Shown here one piece after another: positions 1-5,776 of a DNA stretch of 10,087 bases. Source of the stretch: Abditibacteriaceae bacterium (GTDB lineage Bacteria; Armatimonadota; Abditibacteriia; Abditibacteriales; Abditibacteriaceae); contig JANPJS010000284.1 of assembly GCA_031425655.1 (NCBI GenBank), positions 1-10,087 of the forward strand, read 5' to 3'. The notes beneath the pieces were generated by a model. The model was not told where the DNA came from. It ran no database searches and was given only the letters and a program-made list of their open reading frames with translations. Each line of letters begins with the position of its first letter. Position 1 is the first letter of the stretch. The translations under genes were made by a program, and so were the position numbers.

Positions 1-44
1 CAACATTAACCGCAGAGCTAATTTTGCAAGAGTTCTGTTATTAA
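1..44 (+). CDS. Possible 3' end of a convergent gene entering from the left edge (...TLTAELILQEFCY*)
   Basis: The frame starting at base 3 is open up to TAA at 42-44, which abuts the bidirectional terminator. Only 13 codons are visible. Confidence 0.25.
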   Translation, partial: TLTAELILQEFCY

Positions 45-93
45 AAACGAAAAGCCGCCGCGAAGATTTCTCTTCGCGGCGGCTTTTCGTTTT
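44..93. terminator. Bidirectional rho-independent terminator
   Basis: Perfect 23-bp inverted repeat AAAACGAAAAGCCGCCGCGAAGA (44-66) / TCTTCGCGGCGGCTTTTCGTTTT (71-93) with a TTTC loop. It gives U-rich tails on both strands and lies 8 nt beyond the stop of the minus-strand oxidoreductase. Confidence 0.92.
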
Positions 94-101
94 ACAGCGA
101 G

Positions 102-1511
102 TTAGATTTTCGGCAATTCCCAACCGGGGCGATAAACGCGGGTGCGGTAAGGCAGCGCTTCTTTGGTGAGGATTTCGCGCTTGACCGGGTCGCAGTCAAT
201 CTTGAAGCCGACTTCGCCGATTTTTTCGGAGATGGCGCCCAAAAGCATGACTTCGGTCAGCGGGCCGGCATAGCCGGAGAAGTTCGAGCCGGGGGAATCC
301 CACGGCTTTTCGCCCGTCGCGGCCTGGATGAACTCTTTGTAATGGCCCACCGAGCGCGGGATGGTCTTTTCGGGGCGCGTGATTTCTTTGTTGAGCGCTT
401 CGGGAATCATGCGCGGGCCGCCATCGGCGTAATCGCCGGTCACGAGAAATTTGCCTTTCGTGCCGACGAAAATCGAGGCGCTTCCCGGTAATTCCGAGAT
501 TTTGTCGCCGTTTTTGCGAACCGGGTCGTTGATCCACTCTTCGGGCAAAGGCGGTTTGACAAGGGCTTCGGAGCCGGCCCTTTTGCCGCTATACCAGTGC
601 GCCACGAAACCGGGCCGAGCGCCTTTGGCCGGGAACGTCCACTTGAAATGGCTGCCACGCGGAAACGTTTCCGGGCCTTTTTCCTCGATTTCAAGCAATT
701 CGACTTGCGTCGGGTAATCCGGCTGCATGGCCCAGAACACACAGTCCCAAGTGTGGCAGCCCATATCGCCGACCGCGCCGCAGCCGAAGTCCTGCCAGCC
801 GCGCCAAGCGAAAGTGTGCAGGTTTTTGTGATATTCGCGCATCTGCGCCGGGCCGATCCAGGCGTCCCAGTCCAGCTTTTCGGGTTTCGGAATTGGTTCG
901 CGCTTCAGATTGCCTTGCGGCCAGACCGGGCGGTTGGTCCATGTATGCACTTCGGTAATATCGCCGATAATGCCGGCCCGCACCCATTCGACGACAAGTC
1001 GGTTGCCTTCGTTGGCGTGGCCCTGATTGCCCATCTGCGTCGCCACTTTCTTGCTGGCGGCAACTTGGGCCATCATGCGCGATTCTTCGATGCTCCACGT
1101 CAGGGGCTTTTCGCAATAGACGTGCTTGCCTTCCAGCATGGCGCGCAGCGATGGCAGCGCGTGCGAGTGATCGGGCGTGGCTACGACGACCACGTCAATT
1201 TCTTTCATGTGGTTGTCGAACATTCTGCGCCAGTCGGTGTAGCCTTTGGCGTTGGGCGCGATTTTCAGAATGTCGCCCCAGCTTCCTTGATCCACTTCGG
1301 CGAATGCAACGTAGTTGTGCGCCTTGAATTCGCCGGCGTTGACGTGCGCTCCCGCGCGGCCTCCGGTGCCGACGAAGGCGATATTCAGCTTTTTGTTGGC
1401 GTCCTGTGCGCGCAGAATGAGGGGCATTCCCATCACGCCTGCGGTCGCCGCCGCTGCGCCCGTCAAAAAGTTGCGGCGCGTAATAATCAGGTTCTTATCT
1501 TCCAAACTCAT
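102..1511 (-). CDS. Tat-exported Gfo/Idh/MocA family NAD(P)-dependent oxidoreductase (469 aa)
   Basis: Rossmann motif IAFVGTGGRAG, plus VVVATPDHSH, KHVYCEKPL and GAVGDMGCH family motifs. Twin-arginine signal TRRNFL followed by an h-region and LRA-QD. Start moved from 1760 to the ATG at 1511, which has GGAGGA (1521-1516) upstream. Confidence 0.95.
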   Translation of the reverse strand: MSLEDKNLIITRRNFLTGAAAATAGVMGMPLILRAQDANKKLNIAFVGTGGRAGAHVNAGEFKAHNYVAFAEVDQGSWGDILKIAPNAKGYTDWRRMFDNHMKEIDVVVVATPDHSHALPSLRAMLEGKHVYCEKPLTWSIEESRMMAQVAASKKVATQMGNQGHANEGNRLVVEWVRAGIIGDITEVHTWTNRPVWPQGNLKREPIPKPEKLDWDAWIGPAQMREYHKNLHTFAWRGWQDFGCGAVGDMGCHTWDCVFWAMQPDYPTQVELLEIEEKGPETFPRGSHFKWTFPAKGARPGFVAHWYSGKRAGSEALVKPPLPEEWINDPVRKNGDKISELPGSASIFVGTKGKFLVTGDYADGGPRMIPEALNKEITRPEKTIPRSVGHYKEFIQAATGEKPWDSPGSNFSGYAGPLTEVMLLGAISEKIGEVGFKIDCDPVKREILTKEALPYRTRVYRPGWELPKI

Positions 1512-1635
1512 ATGTTCCTCCAAAATTGGATGCAAAGCTAAGACATCGTTAAGTGTCGCTGAGTTTTGCCCGACTTGAAAGGCTTTGCGCGCCGCCGGTT
1601 TGCCTCCGAAGGTCTTCTCCGCCAATACTGCCGCC

Positions 1636-1815
1636 ATGCGCCTCAAACTCTCGTTGTTCACACGAATCTTGTGCGCCTTATTCGTGCTGGCCGGCGCCGT
1701 GATGGTGTGGGTGCAAACCCGGCTACCGCGTCGTTTCGTTTGTCCACCAAACTTTGCCAACGCGCCTCACGAAGGCGCCCTGATGTATTTTTTCGTTCGA
1801 GAAACCTCTCATTAG
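1636..1815 (+). CDS. Putative small single-pass membrane or secreted protein (59 aa)
   Basis: MRLKLSLFTRILCALFVLAGAVMVWVQ has a basic N-terminus and a hydrophobic helix. It fills the gap between the true oxidoreductase start and the tRNA promoter. No SD and no recognised homology. Confidence 0.4.
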   Translation: MRLKLSLFTRILCALFVLAGAVMVWVQTRLPRRFVCPPNFANAPHEGALMYFFVRETSH

Positions 1816-1861
1816 ACTGCGAACAGGTGTTGCGACAAAGCCGGAAAACTTCACTAACCCC

Positions 1862-1890
1862 TTGCGCGAAGCGAGCTCAACGGGTAAATT
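1862..1890 (+). promoter_or_regulatory. Sigma70-type promoter for the tRNA
   Basis: TTGCGC (1862-1867), 17-nt spacer, TAAATT (1885-1890); 45 nt upstream of the tRNA 5' end. Confidence 0.55.
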
Positions 1891-1935
1891 ATCTTTTCGC
1901 GCGTCGAGATTAGGACGCTTCAAAAATCGCTTCGC

Positions 1936-2009
1936 GGGCTCATAGCTCAGTTGGTTAGAGCGCCACACTGATAATGTGGAGGTCTCTGGTTCGAATCCAG
2001 GTGGGCCCA
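1936..2009 (+). tRNA. tRNA-Ile (anticodon GAU), CCA not encoded
   Basis: Full cloverleaf: acceptor GGGCTCA/TGGGCCC plus discriminator A; D arm GCTC-AGTTGGTTA-GAGC; anticodon arm CCACA-CTGATAA-TGTGG (GAT at 1970-1972); variable loop AGGTC; T arm TCTGG-TTCGAAT-CCAGG. Confidence 0.97.
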
Positions 2010-2026
2010 TAAAATTCACTTTGCTG

Positions 2027-2053
2027 GAACGTGTAAATGCGGATTTCACGTTC
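2027..2053 (+). terminator. Hairpin downstream of the tRNA (possible terminator or processing stem)
   Basis: GAACGTG(T)AAAT-GCGG-ATTTCACGTTC forms an 11-bp stem with one bulge. There is no clear U-tract. Confidence 0.4.
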
Positions 2054-2055
2054 AA

Positions 2056-2083
2056 TAACAGCGCTACAGTAACAGCGCCACAG
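2056..2083. repeat. 14-bp tandem direct repeat
   Basis: TAACAGCGCTACAG (2056-2069) and TAACAGCGCCACAG (2070-2083), 13/14 identical. Confidence 0.8.
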
Positions 2084-2364
2084 TCGTTCATCTCTCCATC
2101 CGTCAACTGTCGCCGCGCACCATTCACGAACGCGTCATCTACCCTGAGCAAATCGGTCTGGTTTCTGAAACTGCGCCTTTCTCATTCGCAGCTATTAAAT
2201 TTGGTGTAAAGTTTTCTTCAACCATCAGAACTCTGCTCTTTGAAGACCCGTGATCTCGGCATTCAGCATTATCGCTGCATTGTCTTAGGCAAATGCAACA
2301 AGCATCGCTCTCGGAGTTCAAGATGATGTGGCAGCGGAATCACAATTAGCACATCCAAGTTGTC

Positions 2365-2400
2365 ATCGGAGAAACCATGATTATCGGAGAAAACATGATT
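2365..2400 (+). repeat. 18-bp tandem duplication of RBS plus start codon
   Basis: ATCGGAGAAACCATGATT (2365-2382) and ATCGGAGAAAACATGATT (2383-2400), 17/18 identical. Each copy has GGAG and an in-frame ATG (2377, 2395). Confidence 0.85.
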
Positions 2401-3357
2401 AATCGCATTGCCTCGCCCTCGCGACGGGCGTTTCTTGTCGGCCTGGCGCTGCTGACATCGGCTCACGCCCTGCGCGCTGCCGATGCGCCGGTTGGGCAGA
2501 AATCGAAGGAAGGTATCACGCACGCGTTTTTCGCAACCGGCGGCGAAACTTACTTCGTGGCCGGCGATGGACAAATCAGCCGCCGCCTTCCCTCCGGACG
2601 CGATGGCTGGGTGCTGCCTAACGGCAACGTGCTGTTAGCCGCGTCCAAATCGGGCCAATATCCGAGCGGCGCCGTCGTGGAATTGGACAAAGACGGCAAA
2701 GTCGTTTTTGAATTCAAAGGCACGCAAAGCGAAGTAGACACCGTGCAACCGCTGGAAAACGGCGTTGTTTTGTTAGTCGAGTCGGGGCCGAAGCCGCGCT
2801 TAATGGAAATCAATCGCGAAGGCAAAGTGCTGGTTGAAGTCCCTCTGCAATGCCAGACCCATAATTTTCATATGCAAACGCGCATGGCGCGCAAGTTGGC
2901 CAACGGCAATTACCTGGTGCCGCACTTGATTGATAAAATCGTCAAGGAATACGACGCGCAGGGCAAAGTCGTCTGGGAAGCCAAAACGCCCGACGAACCA
3001 AAAGATAGCTGGCCTTTTACGGCGATTCGCCTGGATAACGGCAACACGCTGATTAACTGCACGCACGGCAACATGGTCATCGAAGTGGACAAAGACGCTA
3101 AAATCGTCTGGCAACTGACTAACGCCGACCTGCCGGAACCGCTGCTCAAAGACCCTTGCGGCGCTCAACGCCTGCCCAACGGCAACACGGTTATCACCAG
3201 CTACGGCGCGGGTGGCGCGGGCGAAGTGAAGATGCTCGAAGTCACGCGCGACAAGAAAGTGGTGTGGACTTTTCGCAGCGGCAAAAAAGGCGGCGTGCAT
3301 GAATTTCAGATTCTTGATACCAACGGCAAGCCGATTGAGGGAAGGTTGATGCGCTGA
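2377..3357 (+). CDS. Tat-exported beta-propeller protein (PQQ-like/arylsulfotransferase-like repeats); alternative start 2395
   Basis: Signal SRRAFL, h-region, LRA-AD. Five blade repeats LxNGN-type (LPNGNVLL, LENGVVLL, LANGNYLV, LDNGNTLI, LPNGNTVI), each followed by a V/M-x-E-xxxxx-K-V/I segment (e.g. VVELDKDGKVVFEF, VKEYDAQGKVVWEA). Confidence 0.85.
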   Translation: MIIGENMINRIASPSRRAFLVGLALLTSAHALRAADAPVGQKSKEGITHAFFATGGETYFVAGDGQISRRLPSGRDGWVLPNGNVLLAASKSGQYPSGAVVELDKDGKVVFEFKGTQSEVDTVQPLENGVVLLVESGPKPRLMEINREGKVLVEVPLQCQTHNFHMQTRMARKLANGNYLVPHLIDKIVKEYDAQGKVVWEAKTPDEPKDSWPFTAIRLDNGNTLINCTHGNMVIEVDKDAKIVWQLTNADLPEPLLKDPCGAQRLPNGNTVITSYGAGGAGEVKMLEVTRDKKVVWTFRSGKKGGVHEFQILDTNGKPIEGRLMR

Positions 3358-3364
3358 GAATCTC

Positions 3365-3499
3365 CCCGGATTGTTGATCTTTGACAAACTAATCCGGTAG
3401 TTCGGAACACAATGTAGGGACACGCTACAGCGTGTCCGGGCACGCTGTAGCGTGCCCCTACAATTAGCGGATTAGAGAATCAAAGATCAAAAATCCGGG
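3365..3499. repeat. Long imperfect inverted repeat (MITE/REPIN-like) enclosing a REP doublet
   Basis: Left arm CCCGGATTGTTGATCTTTGA-CAAA-CTAATCCGGTA; reverse complement of the right arm CCCGGATTTTTGATCTTTGA-TTCT-CTAATCCGCTA. Confidence 0.85.
3414..3461. repeat. GTAG-family REP doublet (two inverted 24-nt REPs, no spacer)
   Basis: GTAG-GGACACGCT-AC-AGCGTGTCC (3414-3437, +) and GTAG-GGGCACGCT-AC-AGCGTGCCC (3461-3438, -). A GTAG tetranucleotide followed by a perfect palindrome is the classic REP layout. Confidence 0.88.
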
Positions 3500-3507
3500 T
3501 CTATGAC

Positions 3508-3588
3508 TACGACGTCCGCGTGTGCGGACTCGTTATCAAGTCCGCGCTGGCGCACTTCGTAATGTTAGCGCTCCATTTCAATGAAGCG
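3508..3588. repeat. Degenerate REP-like palindromic element (AGTCCGCG...GGACT type)
   Basis: TACGACGTCCGCGTGTGCGGACT (3508-3530) matches the reverse complement of 3539-3561 at 18/23 positions. It is followed by GTTAG and the hairpin CGCTCCAT-TTCA-ATGAAGCG (3569-3588). Confidence 0.6.
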
Positions 3589-3610
3589 ACGTGGGACAAG
3601 AAGCAAAACC

Positions 3611-4366
3611 ATGACTTACGATTTATCTAACCGCGTGGCGCTGATAACCGGCGCATCGCGCGGATTAGGCGCCGCAATGGCGCTTCAACTGGGCGCTTGC
3701 GGCGCGAAGGTGGCGATTAATTACGCCGCCAGTCGGGAACGGGCCGACGGCGTTGTGCAGGAAATTATCGCGGGCGGCGGACAGGCGGCGGCATTTCAGG
3801 CCGATGTGCGCGACGAAGCTGAAGTCACGCGGTTGGTGCGTGAAGTCGAAGAGCATTTCGGCGCGATTGACATCTTGGTCATCAACGCGACGGGGCCGCA
3901 GCCGTTTTACAAAGTCGAAGATTTGAACTGGCGTTTGTGCCTCGATCAACTCGAATTCTTCGTGAAAAGCCCGCTCTTGTTGGTGCAGGCCGTCGTCGGG
4001 CCGATGAAAGCTCGGCGCTACGGGCGCATTATCAATATCGGCTCGGAGGTTTTGGAAAAAGGCGTGCCGGAATTCGCCAATTACGTGTCGGCCAAAGGCG
4101 CGCAGCTTGGCCTGACGCGCTCGTGGGCGATGGAACTGGCGTCGTGGGGCATCACGGTCAACTTAGTCGCGCCGGGCTGGATTCCCACCGAGCGGCACGC
4201 CGATGAATCGCAAGAATCGAAGGATATTTACGCCGCCGCCGTGCCGATGGGGCACATGGGCGAAGCGGATGATGTCGCCGCTGCCGTCGCGTTTTTGGCC
4301 TCGGACGGCGCTAAATTCATCACGGGACAAAAGCTGTCGGTCAACGGCGGCAATTCGTTAGAGTAA
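3611..4366 (+). CDS. Classical SDR family oxidoreductase (FabG-like, 251 aa)
   Basis: ALITGASRGLG cofactor motif, IDILVINA, GRIINIGS, catalytic YVSAK, VNLVAPGWIPT and FITGQKLSVNGG. Start placed at 3611 because the ATG at 3581 lies inside a repeat hairpin and adds a non-SDR decapeptide. Confidence 0.93.
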   Translation: MTYDLSNRVALITGASRGLGAAMALQLGACGAKVAINYAASRERADGVVQEIIAGGGQAAAFQADVRDEAEVTRLVREVEEHFGAIDILVINATGPQPFYKVEDLNWRLCLDQLEFFVKSPLLLVQAVVGPMKARRYGRIINIGSEVLEKGVPEFANYVSAKGAQLGLTRSWAMELASWGITVNLVAPGWIPTERHADESQESKDIYAAAVPMGHMGEADDVAAAVAFLASDGAKFITGQKLSVNGGNSLE

Positions 4367-4373
4367 TATGATT

Positions 4374-4518
4374 ACCCCATCCCCGGCCCTTCCCCTTAAA
4401 CGGCAAGGGGAAGGGAGTTCTAATCCTTCTGACTTAAAAAAGCGGTGGTTTTTCGAGGCGCAATGATTTAGCTCCCTTCCCCTTCGCCGTATCAAGGGGA
4501 AGGGCGCGGGGATGGGGT
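4374..4518. repeat. Purine/pyrimidine-tract palindromic doublet (CCCTTCCCC...GGGGAAGGG type REPIN/MITE)
   Basis: Arm ACCCCATCCCCGGCCCTTCCCCTTAAACGGCAAGGGGAAGGGAG (4374-4417) matches the reverse complement of 4472-4518. Each arm also holds an internal 11-bp hairpin CCCTTCCCCTT/AAGGGGAAGGG. Confidence 0.88.
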
Positions 4519-4561
4519 TAATTTGCCGCACAGCCGCACATTTTTGGAGAGGTCATTCATC

Positions 4562-5641
4562 ATGATTCATCGCATTGTGTCGTTGTCGTCCTGTCTTTTC
4601 GTGTCCGGTTTGCTGCTCGCCGGTTGCAACAACAGCAAAGAAACGCCGGACACCGCGCCCCCAAGCGGCAACACGACGAGCGCGGCGCCGGACAAAAAGC
4701 CGCGCGTGGCTTACGTGACGAACGGCGTGGCGTCGTTCTGGGTTATCGCGGAAACCGGCGCCAAAGCCGGCGGCGAAAAATTCAACGCCGATGTGACCGT
4801 AGATATGCCCACCGACGGCATCAGCGGGCAAAAGCGCATCGTGGAAGATTTGCTGACGCGCGGCGTGGATGGCATCGCCATCAGCCCGATTGACCCGACT
4901 AACCAAACTTCGCTGATAGATCAGGCCGCCGCCAGCACCAAAGTCATCACGCACGATTCCGACGCGCCCAAAAGTAAGCGTTTGTGCTACATCGGCATGG
5001 ACAACTATTTAGCGGGCCGAATGTGCGGAAAATTGGTCAAGGAAGCCCTGCCCAAAGGCGGCAAATTAGCGATTTTCATTGGCCGATTGGAGCAGGACAA
5101 CGCACGCCGCCGCCGTCAGGGCGTAATTGACGAACTGCTCGACCGCTCCTCCGACTCTTCGCGCTACGACGTGCCGGGCACCGTGATTAAAGGCGCCAAA
5201 TACACCATTGTCAGCACCTTCACTGATCAATTCGACCGCGCCAAAGGCAAAGCGAACGCTGAAGACGCCATTTCGCGCTACCCCGACCTGGACGGCATGA
5301 TCGGCCTTTTCGCGTATAACCCGCCGCTGTGTCTCGAAGCCCTCAGCCGCTCCGGCAAAGCCGGCAAAATCAAGCTCATCGGCTTCGACGAAGCCGACGA
5401 AACGCTGCAAGCCATCAAAGACGGCAAATGTTATGGCACGGTCGTGCAAAACCCCTATATGTATGGCTTCGAGTCGGTGCGAATCCTTGCTGCCTTAGCG
5501 CGCGGCGACAATTCGGTGCTGCCCAAAGGCGGTTTTCTTGATATTCCGGCGCGGCAAATCCGCAAAGACAACGTAGACGCGTTCTGGACTGACCTCAAGC
5601 AAAAAGTCGGCACCAAAGCCGACGCGCCCGCGAAAAAGTAA
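4562..5641 (+). CDS. Sugar ABC transporter substrate-binding lipoprotein (RbsB-like, periplasmic binding protein type 1; 359 aa)
   Basis: GGAGAGG (4546-4552) precedes the ATG at 4562. Lipobox LLAG-C and a Pro/Thr/Ala-rich linker, then SFW, GVDGIAISPID, DSDAPKSKRLCYIGMDNYLAG, IGFD and TVVQNPYMYG motifs. Confidence 0.93.
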   Translation: MIHRIVSLSSCLFVSGLLLAGCNNSKETPDTAPPSGNTTSAAPDKKPRVAYVTNGVASFWVIAETGAKAGGEKFNADVTVDMPTDGISGQKRIVEDLLTRGVDGIAISPIDPTNQTSLIDQAAASTKVITHDSDAPKSKRLCYIGMDNYLAGRMCGKLVKEALPKGGKLAIFIGRLEQDNARRRRQGVIDELLDRSSDSSRYDVPGTVIKGAKYTIVSTFTDQFDRAKGKANAEDAISRYPDLDGMIGLFAYNPPLCLEALSRSGKAGKIKLIGFDEADETLQAIKDGKCYGTVVQNPYMYGFESVRILAALARGDNSVLPKGGFLDIPARQIRKDNVDAFWTDLKQKVGTKADAPAKK

Positions 5642-5646
5642 CTGGT

Positions 5647-5758
5647 TTTCAATGGGACACGGGCTTCGCACACGGAAACGACACGGATTTTCACGGTTAA
5701 ATTCAAAAAATCCGTGTAAATCCGTGTCGTTTCTGTGAAAATCCGTGTTCCATTGAAA
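5647..5758. repeat. Palindromic element built from CACGGA units
   Basis: Arms of about 50 bp (TTTCAATGGGACACGG... / ...CCGTGTTCCATTGAAA). Each arm has four (A/T)CACGG-like units (5657, 5670, 5681, 5691; inverted at 5711, 5721, 5732, 5742) around an AT-rich loop. Confidence 0.88.
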
Positions 5759-5776
5759 GTCTAAGCTCACGCCAAC

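Noticed and set aside
597..1541. 314-aa plus-strand ORF and other long overlapping ORFs (e.g. 2800-3423, 6692-7285)
   Set aside because: Antisense or alternate-frame shadows of well-supported GC-rich genes, with no recognisable motifs.
1512..1760. 83-aa N-terminal extension of the oxidoreductase in the ORF track
   Set aside because: A strong GGAGGA and a Tat motif mark the ATG at 1511 as the start. The extension would bury the signal peptide.
1723..2209. ORFs 1723-2151 (-) and 1976-2209 (+)
   Set aside because: Both run through the tRNA. MGPPGFEPETSTLSVWRSNQLSY is the typical antisense translation of a tRNA.
2139..2321. 60-aa Cys-rich minus-strand ORF
   Set aside because: Non-ATG start, no clear SD and no recognisable metal-binding pattern; probably chance in non-coding DNA.
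2327..2344. TGTGGCAGCGGAATCACA as a LacI/CRP-like operator upstream of the sugar genes
   Set aside because: Only the outer TGTG/CACA is symmetric, the spacing does not fit CRP, and there is no second copy or regulator gene in the window.
4523..4561. Upstream TTG start of the SBP ORF
   Set aside because: The ATG at 4562 has a good SD and gives a normal-length lipoprotein signal ending in LLAGC.
5647..5758. Possible mini CRISPR array in the periodic repeats (also considered for 2056-2083 and 3414-3461)
   Set aside because: Units are too short, inverted or directly adjacent, with no unique 25-45 nt spacers and no cas genes.
5455..5770. Minus-strand ORFs containing NTDFHRNDTDLHG / KIRVVSV
   Set aside because: These are translations of the CACGGA palindromic repeat and overlap the SBP gene.
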